Below are positions 19,765 through 29,237 of a stretch of 64,000 bases of DNA, piece after piece. How positions within the stretch are numbered: the stretch's first letter is position 1; each line of letters opens with the position of its first letter. This DNA is from Bacteroidales bacterium (GTDB lineage Bacteria; Bacteroidota; Bacteroidia; Bacteroidales; WCHB1-69): assembly GCA_017525245.1 (NCBI GenBank), contig JAFXTE010000025.1, positions 57,116-121,115 of the forward strand. The letters run 5' to 3'. The translations under genes and the position numbers were made by a program. The notes under the pieces were generated by a model that worked only from the letters and a program-made list of their open reading frames with translations, did not search any database and had not been told where the DNA came from.

Positions 19765-20707
19765 ACATCAACAGATTATCATCAATAGTTACTGTTTTTT
19801 CCGGGACGCCAGGCAGTTTCGGTGCCAAAAGCCCCTTGCCCCACTTCTGATTGCCCACCAAGATTCGAGCCTCATCCCATAATTCCGCCGTAATGAATTT
19901 CTCCAACGTGTTTTTCCCGCCTTCAACAATAACAGATTGTATGTTAAGTTGATACAGCTTTTCTACAGCCTCTTTTGCATTGTCGGGCAAAGGCGAATAA
20001 GGCAGAGGCGAGATCATGTCCTCCCCACGCTGCATCACAAAGCGTTGCGGATCTTTGCCCGGATATTCGCGAGTGGTGAGCTGCGGCTGATCGTTCTGCA
20101 TAGTGCGGTAACCGACTAAAATAGCATCCTCCTCGCTGCGCCATTTGTGGGCAAGCACCTTTAGGGCGGGATTCGTAATCCAATAAGTGGTATTGTCCGA
20201 TTCACTTCGGTCAATATCCATGAATCCGTCTCGGGTTTGCGCCCATTTCAGGATAATGTAGGGTCTGTGTTTCCTATGGAACGTGAAAAAACGCTTGTTC
20301 AGCTCCTCGCATTCTTCGCGGCAGACGTTCTCCACCACTTCCACATCGGCTTCGCGCAACTTCCGCACACCATTACCGTTCACCTTGTCATGGTAGTCGA
20401 TGGAGCCAATGACCACCTTGGGGATACCGTAACGGATAATGGCATCAGCGCAGGGTGGCGTTTTCCCGAAATGCGAACAAGGCTCCAGATTGACATATAA
20501 CGTGCTTTCTTTCAACAAAGCCAAATCTTTCACCGAATTTATGGCGTTTATTTCTGCATGTGGCTCACCGCAGCGGTGATGATAACCTTCACCGATAACA
20601 GAATCGTTATGCACAATGACCGCCCCCACCATCGGGTTAGGACTCGTCTGCCCCAGACCTAAAGCGGCCAGTTGCAGACACCGGCGCATGTAGGTTTCAT
20701 CGGTCAT
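19745..20707 (-). CDS. ribD: bifunctional riboflavin biosynthesis deaminase/reductase
   Basis: Deaminase zinc motifs HAEINA and PCSHFGKTPPC, followed by a reductase domain. 20-nt overlap with yigZ. Confidence 0.9.
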   Translation of the reverse strand: MTDETYMRRCLQLAALGLGQTSPNPMVGAVIVHNDSVIGEGYHHRCGEPHAEINAINSVKDLALLKESTLYVNLEPCSHFGKTPPCADAIIRYGIPKVVIGSIDYHDKVNGNGVRKLREADVEVVENVCREECEELNKRFFTFHRKHRPYIILKWAQTRDGFMDIDRSESDNTTYWITNPALKVLAHKWRSEEDAILVGYRTMQNDQPQLTTREYPGKDPQRFVMQRGEDMISPLPYSPLPDNAKEAVEKLYQLNIQSVIVEGGKNTLEKFITAELWDEARILVGNQKWGKGLLAPKLPGVPEKTVTIDDNLLMYVRRQL

Positions 20708-20710
20708 TCT

Positions 20711-21790
20711 TTACTGTTGTTTTAGAAAATAGGAAAGCGGCTGTATCTGACGGTCGAAATGGAAGTACTGACACTGCACCAGATGGGAGTTGTCCCCATT
20801 CAGGACAGCGTAGAAATTGTCGCGGTTATAAGGCTCTTCATCCGCCCGTTCAATCCCACCGACTATCGCATCCAGATAGTAGGGGTCTATTTCCAGTTTG
20901 CGGTACATGTCCAAGGTCGTTTTCTTACCGTCAACATCAGTCAATGTTATCGTTTTGAAATGGTTGAACCTGATTATGGAATCTTTAGTGCTGGTCGGCA
21001 TGTTAGAAATGTACCGTTCATAATTCTTGTCCCGATATTCGGCAAGCATGTCTAATAGTTTCACGGTATCATAATCCGTAATTTGCTCATTCCTGTAATT
21101 ATACAGACTAAAGAAACGAGGGCCTGATTTTTCCACATAGAAAGATTCTTCAGGATGTTCAAAATCTTCCACCAGCAAGGATTGTATGCGGGTGATTTTG
21201 GTTTCAAAAAGATCACAACTATACCAGTCAACGGGATTGTATGCGTAAAAAGGAGTGAGAAAACCTCTGAATCCGGGAATATGGACGATACAAGGTTCGT
21301 CAAACCCCTCGAGAATAGCGAAGTTGGCCACGTTGTCCATCGTCGAAGGTCCCATATAGTAGGTCTTCACCTTTCGGTTTTTAGTAAAGAACGGGATGCC
21401 GAACAGCTTGAATTTCGGGGCGTTCTGGTAGATTTCAACCTTGATGGCGTTCACGGACATCATTTTGTTGATGTTAGACTGCGCCGTTTTCGCCACAACC
21501 TGCTGGAGGGTGATGTTATGAATGGTGGAAAGCAGGTCATTCACCTTTTGCTGCGTGGCTTTGACCGAGTCCTGGACATACCATCCGTCTTCATGCCTCA
21601 CCAGAAGGGAATGCAAGCCGGTCATGTCGGCGATGAAGATTTTGGTGATATTATTGGTATCTTTTACAGCAAACAGCGACGAGGTGATCTTGTTTTTGCC
21701 GACGGTACCCGTTTTTGACAGAATCAGGAACAGGCAACCAATGGCCAAAAGCAGGCAGCCGAGAATGATGACGATGGTTTTCTTTTTCAT
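20711..21790 (-). CDS. hypothetical N-terminally anchored protein (DUF4340-like)
   Basis: Single N-terminal TM IVIILGCLLLAIGCLFLIL. The assignment is by overall resemblance only. Confidence 0.45.
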   Translation of the reverse strand: MKKKTIVIILGCLLLAIGCLFLILSKTGTVGKNKITSSLFAVKDTNNITKIFIADMTGLHSLLVRHEDGWYVQDSVKATQQKVNDLLSTIHNITLQQVVAKTAQSNINKMMSVNAIKVEIYQNAPKFKLFGIPFFTKNRKVKTYYMGPSTMDNVANFAILEGFDEPCIVHIPGFRGFLTPFYAYNPVDWYSCDLFETKITRIQSLLVEDFEHPEESFYVEKSGPRFFSLYNYRNEQITDYDTVKLLDMLAEYRDKNYERYISNMPTSTKDSIIRFNHFKTITLTDVDGKKTTLDMYRKLEIDPYYLDAIVGGIERADEEPYNRDNFYAVLNGDNSHLVQCQYFHFDRQIQPLSYFLKQQ

Positions 21791-21824
21791 TATTTCTTTT
21801 TAATATTGATATCGATGATGATTG

Positions 21825-21937
21825 CGTAGAGACGTTTCCTGAAACGTCTCAAGAAACGTCCCAAAGCACGTCTCCTGAAACATCTCCTAATACATCTTTA
21901 ATACATCTCAGGAGACGTTTCAGGAAACGTCTCTACG
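21825..21937. repeat. 113-bp MITE-like element with perfect 26-bp terminal inverted repeats
   Basis: The left arm CGTAGAGACGTTTCCTGAAACGTCTC is the exact reverse complement of the right arm GAGACGTTTCAGGAAACGTCTCTACG, with a 61-bp centre. Confidence 0.8.
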
Positions 21938-21939
21938 GT

Positions 21940-23178
21940 TTATTGCCAGCGTTTCTCCGATTTGTCGATTTCGCGCTGCAGGTTGGCGGGCAAACCCTCT
22001 TTCATGCACTGGTGGCACTTCATATCCAGCGTGTACATGCGACCGATACAATAGTTGGAGTGTTTGCAGCCACTGCGGGTCACTTCGCCGGAGTGCAGCT
22101 TGTTCACGAAGTCGGTGTCGTGCACGAGGGCGCGGGCCATCTGGAAAGCCACGAAACCGGAATTAAGGACTTTCTCCATGTTGTCCTTATCGACCATGCC
22201 GCCCACGTAAATCAGCGGCATCTTCACGGCTTGGCGGAATCTCATGGCCGTGTCGTAGAAATAGGCGTCTTTGTAGGGCACGGTGGGGATGACGATGTGG
22301 CCGCCGAGGTGCAGACCGATCTTCAGCCACCAGAATTTCTTCGTGTCCATGTAGTAGGCCATCGTTTTCACCGGCATGGAACCGCGCATCACATCCATAG
22401 GGGCCTTGCTGACGAAGCCGGCGGTGAGCACCAAAGCATGTACACCGAGACGTTCTAACTCTTGGGCGACTTTGATGCATTCGTCCTCCTGCATACCGCT
22501 GCGGAAGCCGTCGTACATGTTGGTTTTCACCACGATGGCCATGTCATCCTTGGCTTCTTCCATCACGCGGGTGATCACGCGGCGCATAAAGCGCATACGG
22601 TTTTCAAGAGAGCCGCCGTATTCGTCATTGCGGCGGTTAGTGTAGGGCGACAGAAACTGGCTGATGAGGTAGCCGTGTCCGGCGTGAACTTCGATGCAGT
22701 CAAAGCCGGCGCGGCGACACAAATCAACCGCCTTTCCGAAATCTTCCACAATCTCATCAATGTCCTTGATGGTCATTTTGCGGGTGAAAGTCGGGGAATA
22801 GAGGTTGAAACGGCCTGACGGGGAGAGTGGCTTGCAACCGCAAGTGGCTCTGTGGGTCATATTGCCGCAGTGCCCGATCTGGATGGAGGCTTTCGCGCCT
22901 TCCGCGTGGATGGCATCGGTCAACTTCTTCAGCTCCGGAATTATCTCCTCGCGCAGCCAAAGCTGACCCTCGAAGGAGAGTCCGCTGCGGCTCACCGATG
23001 CGTAGGCCACGGTGGTCATGCCAATGCCACCACGAGCCACCGCCGTGTGATAGTTGAACAATGCTTCCGACGGTGCGTTCTTGACCGCCATGTTCTCAAA
23101 TGCTGCAGAACGGATGGTTCTGTTTCTCAATGTTATAGGCCCGATCTGACAGGGCGTGAAAATGGGGGATTCTATCAT
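21940..23178 (-). CDS. NADH:flavin oxidoreductase (Old Yellow Enzyme family)
   Basis: HAGHGYLISQFLSPYTNRRNDEYGGSLENRMRF and the N-terminal LRNRTIRSA block. Confidence 0.85.
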   Translation of the reverse strand: MIESPIFTPCQIGPITLRNRTIRSAAFENMAVKNAPSEALFNYHTAVARGGIGMTTVAYASVSRSGLSFEGQLWLREEIIPELKKLTDAIHAEGAKASIQIGHCGNMTHRATCGCKPLSPSGRFNLYSPTFTRKMTIKDIDEIVEDFGKAVDLCRRAGFDCIEVHAGHGYLISQFLSPYTNRRNDEYGGSLENRMRFMRRVITRVMEEAKDDMAIVVKTNMYDGFRSGMQEDECIKVAQELERLGVHALVLTAGFVSKAPMDVMRGSMPVKTMAYYMDTKKFWWLKIGLHLGGHIVIPTVPYKDAYFYDTAMRFRQAVKMPLIYVGGMVDKDNMEKVLNSGFVAFQMARALVHDTDFVNKLHSGEVTRSGCKHSNYCIGRMYTLDMKCHQCMKEGLPANLQREIDKSEKRWQ

Positions 23179-23184
23179 TCTAAA

Positions 23185-23212
23185 GGTTTTTGGTTATAGG
23201 TTATGGGTTATT
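23185..23212. repeat. heptamer tandem repeat GGTTATN x4
   Basis: Units are ggttttt ggttata ggttatg ggttatt. The same family recurs at 58302-58329. Confidence 0.7.
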
Positions 23213-23235
23213 GACATTGACGGGTGGTAAAATTG

Positions 23236-23790
23236 TCAGAAGCGGTAGCGGACACCGAGAGCGACGTTGAGAAGATTGGAGGTCAGGTCGCCTTGGCGCA
23301 GGCCGAACAGGTTTATCATCGGGCGCCAGTCAACGCTGAGATTCAACGGAATTTTGAAGTCGTACTCCAACCCGATTTGTGCACCGGCAGGAAGACCCAA
23401 ACGTCTGAATTCCACCAACTTCCCATTTTTGTCATAATGGGGAAACTCAAAGAACTCGCCGTAACCCCAACTCACGCCGGCGGCAAGACCGATGTACCAG
23501 TAAAAATCCGACTTGATGTTCATCAGCCAATCATAGACGAGTGTCAGCTGGGCGCGTCCGTAGCGGTAGCGTTGCACCAAACGCTCGCCGTCCTCAGTAA
23601 ACATGATTCCCGTTGAGGTGATGAACGGAGACAATCCTGCGTCAACCTCCAGCATTCCTCCTGAGCGGAATGCGTGCTGATAGGATACTTCGAAGTTATA
23701 ACCCGCACGAGCACCAATGGCCTTCGGCTGCGCTACTATCGCCCCGACTGTCAGGGCAAGCATTACGATTGTGGTTAATAGTTTTTTCAT
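23236..23790 (-). CDS. small outer-membrane beta-barrel (porin-family) protein
   Basis: Signal peptide MKKLLTTIVMLALTVGAIVAQ from ATG 23790, an alternating amphipathic strand pattern, and C-terminal GVRYRF. Confidence 0.6.
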   Translation of the reverse strand: MKKLLTTIVMLALTVGAIVAQPKAIGARAGYNFEVSYQHAFRSGGMLEVDAGLSPFITSTGIMFTEDGERLVQRYRYGRAQLTLVYDWLMNIKSDFYWYIGLAAGVSWGYGEFFEFPHYDKNGKLVEFRRLGLPAGAQIGLEYDFKIPLNLSVDWRPMINLFGLRQGDLTSNLLNVALGVRYRF

Positions 23791-23803
23791 AGTCAAATAT
23801 CGA

Positions 23804-24577
23804 TTATCCATTAAAAAATATTCGTTCGGCATTCTCCGTTGTCCGCTCCATCACCTCTTTCACAGGCACTTCCATGATTTCGGCAATTTTCTGGGCAATG
23901 AGCGGGATGTAGCTGCTCTCGTTGGGAGTGCCACGGTGCGGGGTCGGGGCGAGGTAGGGCGCATCCGTTTCCAACACGATGTGATCCAACCCGATTTTCG
24001 GAATCAACTCCTGCAACTTGCTGTTCTTGAAAGTCACGATGCCACCGATACCGATGACGAAACCGTGCTTCGCCGCCCATTCCGCCTCCTGGATGCCGCC
24101 AGAGAAGCAGTGGAGGACGCCGCGCAAAGACCCTATCGGGTATTCGTTCAAAATCGGGATAGCCTCGCTATAGCCGTTGCGGATATGCAGCGAAAGAGGC
24201 ATCTTGCGGTCTCTCGCCCAGTCCAACTGTTTCCGGAAAACGATCAGCTGCTCTTTCTCAAAATCCCGGTCGTGGTAGAAATCCAGCCCTATTTCCCCGA
24301 TGCCGACAATGTTGCGGTCACCGATATGCGTCTCCAACTCTGCCAGCACCTCCTCGTAATTCTCCCGCACATCGGAAGGATGCAGTCCGATGAGCCCGAA
24401 GATATTCTCCGGAAACATCTCGACCGCTTCGGCGATCATCGGAGGAGTCTGTGCATCCACGCAGGCGAGCAGCACTTTCTCCACACGGGCATCGATTGCC
24501 CGCTGAATCACTTCCCGAAGGTCTTCAGGGTAGTATTCGCGGTACAGGTGCGCATGAGTATCGATGTAATAATTCAT
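23804..24577 (-). CDS. TatD-family metal-dependent hydrolase
   Basis: DTHAHL, LSLHIR, HCFSG, ETDAPYL. Confidence 0.85.
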   Translation of the reverse strand: MNYYIDTHAHLYREYYPEDLREVIQRAIDARVEKVLLACVDAQTPPMIAEAVEMFPENIFGLIGLHPSDVRENYEEVLAELETHIGDRNIVGIGEIGLDFYHDRDFEKEQLIVFRKQLDWARDRKMPLSLHIRNGYSEAIPILNEYPIGSLRGVLHCFSGGIQEAEWAAKHGFVIGIGGIVTFKNSKLQELIPKIGLDHIVLETDAPYLAPTPHRGTPNESSYIPLIAQKIAEIMEVPVKEVMERTTENAERIFFNG

Positions 24578-24605
24578 AATTCACAATTCATAATTCATAA
24601 TTTAT
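24571..24605. repeat. heptamer repeat (minus strand TGAATTR x4-5) containing the MATE stop and the TatD start
   Basis: Plus strand reads aattcat aattcac aattcat aattcat aatttat. The cat at 24575-24577 is the TatD ATG, and the tca at 24595-24597 is the MATE TGA. Confidence 0.75.
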
Positions 24606-25971
24606 CGCTCTGAATTGAGAACACATGGCGTTGAGTGAAAAGAAGGATGGCGGCGAGGACGGCGCCGAGGACATCGGAAATGGTCAGCGAGACCCAGACT
24701 CCATTGAGACCGTTCCAGCCAAAATGGATGAAAAGGATGGGAATGAGGATGCTCATGGGGATGAGGAAAATGACCTGCCGAGACAGACTGGTGATGATGG
24801 CAACCCACGGTTTGTCAATGGATTGGAAGAAGTTGGAGTTGACAATGGTGAAGCCGATGAGCGGGAACATCACCATGCTGAATCGCAGAGCGGTTTTCCC
24901 CATTTCAATCAAATGGCTTTCTGTGGTGAAAACGCGCATCATCGCTCCCGGGAAGATGCAGGAAACAACACTCCCGAACAAACCGATGGCCACGCAAATC
25001 CACATAGTCAGGCCATACACGTGTTTCAGCCGGTGGCCGTGGCCTGCTCCGTAGTTGTATCCGGCAATAGGCTGCATACCCTGACAGACTCCTATAATCA
25101 TGAGTACCAAGAAGTTGCCGTATGTATTACAAATCCCGTAGGTACCCACGGCAAAGTCACCGCCATAACGCAAAAGCTGCGAATTGAGGATTCCGACCAC
25201 CCCGGCGGCGGCCAAATTCATCAAAAACGGACTCATGCCGATGAGCGTGATGTTCTTGAAGATGTACCCTTTCAGCTTCCAAGCGTGCGCTTTGAAACGG
25301 ATAAACGAAGAGGGTTGCACAAAATGCAAGACGGACACCAACGCCATGGCGAAAATGGAGATGGTGGAAGCGATAGCCGCGCCCTTGATGCCCATATCCA
25401 AAGCGAAGATCAAGATGGGGTCGAGGATGATGTTGAAGACGGCACCGCCGGCCATAATCAGCATGGCTTTGGTGGGATAGCCGGAAGCACGTATCAAGCC
25501 GGTGAGGTTGAACGCCACCGTAATCAGAAACATGCCCGGCAGGATGTACACCATATACTCGCGTGCGTAAGCCACCGTTTCCGCCGTCGCACCGAACATC
25601 AACAGGATGCGGTCAAGGAAAAGATAGCAGAACAGAACCACTAAACTGCTCAAAATTAACGTGAATATCAAGCTGTTGCCTAAAATATTCTCCGCCCATT
25701 CCTTGTCTTTCTTGCCCAAAACGATGGACATGCGGGCGGCCGAGCCCACACCGATGAGTGACCCGAAAGCGTGGATGATGTTCATCAGCGGGAACGTAAT
25801 CGCCAATCCGGCGATGGCCAATGCGCCAACTCCCCTTCCGATGAAAATCCTATCCACAATATTATAAACGGAGGCGATAATCTGACTGATTACCGCCGGC
25901 AGGGCATAAACCCACAACAAATGCCCTATGGGTTTCGTCTCAAGTTCTTTTGTTCTGTCTATAGTTTCCAA
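24595..25971 (-). CDS. MATE-family efflux transporter
   Basis: 12-TM profile with N-terminal LWVYALPAVISQIIASVYNIVDRIFIG. The only start upstream of this block is TTG at 25971. Confidence 0.8.
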   Translation of the reverse strand: METIDRTKELETKPIGHLLWVYALPAVISQIIASVYNIVDRIFIGRGVGALAIAGLAITFPLMNIIHAFGSLIGVGSAARMSIVLGKKDKEWAENILGNSLIFTLILSSLVVLFCYLFLDRILLMFGATAETVAYAREYMVYILPGMFLITVAFNLTGLIRASGYPTKAMLIMAGGAVFNIILDPILIFALDMGIKGAAIASTISIFAMALVSVLHFVQPSSFIRFKAHAWKLKGYIFKNITLIGMSPFLMNLAAAGVVGILNSQLLRYGGDFAVGTYGICNTYGNFLVLMIIGVCQGMQPIAGYNYGAGHGHRLKHVYGLTMWICVAIGLFGSVVSCIFPGAMMRVFTTESHLIEMGKTALRFSMVMFPLIGFTIVNSNFFQSIDKPWVAIITSLSRQVIFLIPMSILIPILFIHFGWNGLNGVWVSLTISDVLGAVLAAILLFTQRHVFSIQSDKL

Positions 25972-26026
25972 TCATCTAAAATTTTAGCCCGCGAAAATAC
26001 ACTTTTTTTCGTTGTAAAACGAGGCT

Positions 26027-27895
26027 CTAATTCACATTGTCGCCACGCAACGTCCGATAGCGGTTTCGCGCTTGCACCACGTACAAACTGTCACTATGAT
26101 CCTTGAGGATTTTCTGGTAGTATTCCATGGCCTTCGGGATATCCTTCAGGTAATATTCGTACAACTCTGCCAGTTGGAAGACGGCATCGTCGGCGAGAAG
26201 CTGGTCGCCGTAATCATCCACAATCCGTTTGAGCAGTTTCTCCGCCTCGAAATAGTTTTTCTGTTTGATGAGTATGAGGGCTTTCTGGTACAGAGCGTCA
26301 TCCACCAAGGTGCCGAACGGTGAAAGAATCATCACGGAATCTAGGGCTTTGAGTGCCTCGTCATCTTTGTTCTGAAAAATCAGGAATTCGGCCTTGGCGT
26401 ACATCTTCAGGGCGAGATTGCCTTCCGAATTGCTGAACAGCGTCTCGGTGGTGTCGGAGTCGTCGCCCTCCTCCTCTTCCTCCAAATTGTCGGTGATGAG
26501 CATGGAAGAGTAGATGGCGTCGTTGGCGATAAGTTTGGAAGTGGCGGCTGCGAGCACGTCCAACTGGCTCTTCGCCCAGTTGAACTCGCCAATGTAGAAC
26601 GACAGTTTGGCATTTTTGAACTTGGCCTCGTTGCCGAGCACATCGTTGGGCAGGTCTTTATCCACTTGCGAGTAGTTGAGCGAGGCATCCCAGATTTCGC
26701 CGGTATAGAGCTGCACATCGGCAAGGTCGATTTTGTACTGGTTTTTCTCCTTGAAATCGCGGGTGGCAGCCATTGCTTGGTTGAGCACGTCCATCGCCTC
26801 CTGCGGCTTGTTGACATAGAACGCCAACAGATGGGCATATTTGCGAATCCAGTCCATCGTGCCGGAATGGATGCCGTTCTCTTCCAACGCTTTCCGGAAG
26901 TCTTGCTCCAAATTAAGCGCATCCACCATCTTTACCGGCGAGGATTCAGTCAATTGCATGTACTTGACATCCAATATCTTCATCTTGGCCTGCACGTAGT
27001 TATGCGCCTCTTCCCCTTTTTTGATGATATAGTTCAACGCTTCGATGGCGGTTGTATAATCGTGGTTTTCGGCAGCAACGGTGGCCAATTCGTAAGTGAA
27101 AATGCCCTCCATCTTCAGCCGCTTGTCCAACGCCTTGGCTAACGTGAACGCCTCCTCGTAATCTTTATGCAGTTGGCTTATCCAATACAACTCTTTGATA
27201 CAAAGAATGTTGGTTGGATTTTTTTGCGAAAACTTCTGCAAAGCCGTGCGAATGTTCATGTATTGCTGGTTGTCCTCGTCGTCGAGCAGAAGATCCTGAA
27301 TGGCGGTTTGCACGTCTTTCTCGTACTTGTCATTGTCTGTCTTAACCAACGAGATGACTTCATCGAGGAGTTTATCGTTTTGATGCAGGATTTTGTAGAT
27401 GTTGATGAGGTTTTTCGACAGATATTGCTCGTTGTTGAGCAATTTCCGGCCTTTGAGGATAGTCTCCACCGCATAGTCATACTTTCCCCGCGCCATAAAC
27501 GCATTGTTCAGTTCGCTGACGGCATTTTCCTTCGCCTGAAGGTTTTTCAGGCACTCCTGATAGAGCTTTTCCGCCTTGGCGTTCTCACCGGAACGTTCAT
27601 AGACAAAACCCAAATCCACCTTATAGCGCGGCACATTCGGGTAAGCCTTGACCTGTTTTTTAAGCATCTTCTCCGCATCGTCGTAACGTTCCAGCTCCAA
27701 AAGGGAGTAAAAATAGTAGTAGTAGATGTAGGAATCCGGTTTTTTGGCATGGATTTTCTCGAAAAGCTCCACCGCCTTGTCGTATTCCTTATCCTTGTAA
27801 TACTGCATGGCAAGCTGTTCCTCCTGACTTTGTTGCGCCAGCAGAGAACCGCCGCAGGTGACAAGCAGCAGCAGTATGACGAGCAGTTTTTTCAT
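26027..27895 (-). CDS. tetratricopeptide-repeat protein, exported
   Basis: Signal peptide MKKLLVILLLLVTCGGSLLAQ and many 34-aa TPR-like units (for example AMQYYKDKEYDKAVELFEKI). Confidence 0.75.
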   Translation of the reverse strand: MKKLLVILLLLVTCGGSLLAQQSQEEQLAMQYYKDKEYDKAVELFEKIHAKKPDSYIYYYYFYSLLELERYDDAEKMLKKQVKAYPNVPRYKVDLGFVYERSGENAKAEKLYQECLKNLQAKENAVSELNNAFMARGKYDYAVETILKGRKLLNNEQYLSKNLINIYKILHQNDKLLDEVISLVKTDNDKYEKDVQTAIQDLLLDDEDNQQYMNIRTALQKFSQKNPTNILCIKELYWISQLHKDYEEAFTLAKALDKRLKMEGIFTYELATVAAENHDYTTAIEALNYIIKKGEEAHNYVQAKMKILDVKYMQLTESSPVKMVDALNLEQDFRKALEENGIHSGTMDWIRKYAHLLAFYVNKPQEAMDVLNQAMAATRDFKEKNQYKIDLADVQLYTGEIWDASLNYSQVDKDLPNDVLGNEAKFKNAKLSFYIGEFNWAKSQLDVLAAATSKLIANDAIYSSMLITDNLEEEEEGDDSDTTETLFSNSEGNLALKMYAKAEFLIFQNKDDEALKALDSVMILSPFGTLVDDALYQKALILIKQKNYFEAEKLLKRIVDDYGDQLLADDAVFQLAELYEYYLKDIPKAMEYYQKILKDHSDSLYVVQARNRYRTLRGDNVN

Positions 27896-27901
27896 TCGCT
27901 G

Positions 27902-29173
27902 TTAGTCGATGATGTCGAAACGGGTGTAGGGACGCAGCACCTCGGGGATGACGATGCCCTTGTCGGTCTGGTTGTTCTCGAGCAGTGCGGCGAGCACACG
28001 CGGCAAAGCCAAGGCGCTGCCGTTGAGCGTATGCGCGAGTTTCGTCTTTCCCGTAGCATCTTTGTATCTCAGTTTCAGACGGTTGGCCTGATAGGACTCA
28101 AAGTTGGACACGGAGCTGACCTCCAGCCATTTCTGCTGCGCCTTGGAATAGACTTCCAAATCGTAAGTGAGGGCGGAGGTGAAGCTGATGTCACCGCCAC
28201 AGAGACGCAGCACGCGGAAGGGCAGGCCGAGTTTGTTGAGCAGACGTTTGCCGTGGTTGGTCATCTCCTCCAACGTTTCGTAGGAACGATCAGGGTGCTC
28301 AATGGTCACGATCTCGATTTTGTCGAACTGGTGCAGGCGGTTGAGGCCGCGCACATCTTTGCCGTAGGAACCGGCCTCGCGGCGGAAGCAGGCGGAGTAG
28401 GCGCAGTTCTTCAACGGGAAGTCGCTTTCTTTGAGAATCACATCGCGGTAGATGTTGGTGACGGGCACCTCAGCGGTGGGGATAAGGTAGAAGTTATCCA
28501 CTTGGCAGTGGTACATTTGTCCCTCTTTGTCAGGCAATTGCCCCGTACCGTATGCGGAATCCTCATTCACCATATAGGGCGGTTGAATTTCCACGAAGCC
28601 GGCAGCGGTGGCCTCGTCGAGGAAGAAGTCGATGAGGGCGCGTTGCAGGCGCGCGCCTTTGCCTTTATAGACGGGGAAGCCGGCGCCGGTGATCTTGGTG
28701 CCGAGCTCAAAGTCGATGATGTCGTATTTTTTCACGAGTTCCCAGTGCGGGAGCGCACCCTCCGGCATGTTGGAGGCATCGCCTTCGGTATAGACGATTT
28801 CGTTGTCCTCCGCGCCTTTGCCCGGTGCGACGGCGGCGTTAGGCAGGTTGGGCAGCAGCACCATCTTGCTCTGCAGCAGTTCTTCCTGTTCCTGAAGTTT
28901 GGCGCGGTCGGTGCGCTCGCTTTCCTTCAACGTGGCCATCTCGGCTTTGAGAGCCTCGGCCTCGTCGCGTTTGCCCTCCTTGAAGAGCTGCCCGATCTTC
29001 TTCGCACCCTGGTTCTGCGCCATCAGGTTGTCGTCGATTTTTTTCTTTAGGTTGCGGTTTTCGCTATCAAGTTCACGAATCTCTGCCACTAATTCCGTAG
29101 CATCGAAATTCTTGATTTTCAGTCTGTCAATAACCTCTTGGGGATTTTCTCTTAAAAGTTGGATCTGTAACAT
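27902..29173 (-). CDS. serS: serine--tRNA ligase
   Basis: N-terminal coiled-coil arm. Class II motifs are FRREAGSYG and GSALALPR. Confidence 0.95.
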   Translation of the reverse strand: MLQIQLLRENPQEVIDRLKIKNFDATELVAEIRELDSENRNLKKKIDDNLMAQNQGAKKIGQLFKEGKRDEAEALKAEMATLKESERTDRAKLQEQEELLQSKMVLLPNLPNAAVAPGKGAEDNEIVYTEGDASNMPEGALPHWELVKKYDIIDFELGTKITGAGFPVYKGKGARLQRALIDFFLDEATAAGFVEIQPPYMVNEDSAYGTGQLPDKEGQMYHCQVDNFYLIPTAEVPVTNIYRDVILKESDFPLKNCAYSACFRREAGSYGKDVRGLNRLHQFDKIEIVTIEHPDRSYETLEEMTNHGKRLLNKLGLPFRVLRLCGGDISFTSALTYDLEVYSKAQQKWLEVSSVSNFESYQANRLKLRYKDATGKTKLAHTLNGSALALPRVLAALLENNQTDKGIVIPEVLRPYTRFDIID

Positions 29174-29194
29174 CGTCTTGAAAATTTAAGGCGG

Positions 29195-29202
29195 CAAAGA
29201 TA
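29195..29202 (-). promoter_or_regulatory. -7 box TAtcTTTG for serS
   Basis: The reverse complement of caaagata lies 22 nt upstream of ATG 29173. Confidence 0.45.
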
Positions 29203-29237
29203 CTATTTTTTAGGGAATAGGCAATGGGGTATTAAAG

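Noticed and set aside
23717-25644. Plus-strand ORFs 23717-24613 (298 aa) and 24625-25644 (339 aa).
   Set aside because: They are antisense to TatD and the MATE transporter, which are well supported. They are shadow frames.
27167-29050. A 627-aa plus-strand ORF.
   Set aside because: It is antisense to both the TPR protein and serS and spans their intergenic gap. It has no motifs and is V/L/F/H/Q-rich with the composition of a reverse-complement frame.
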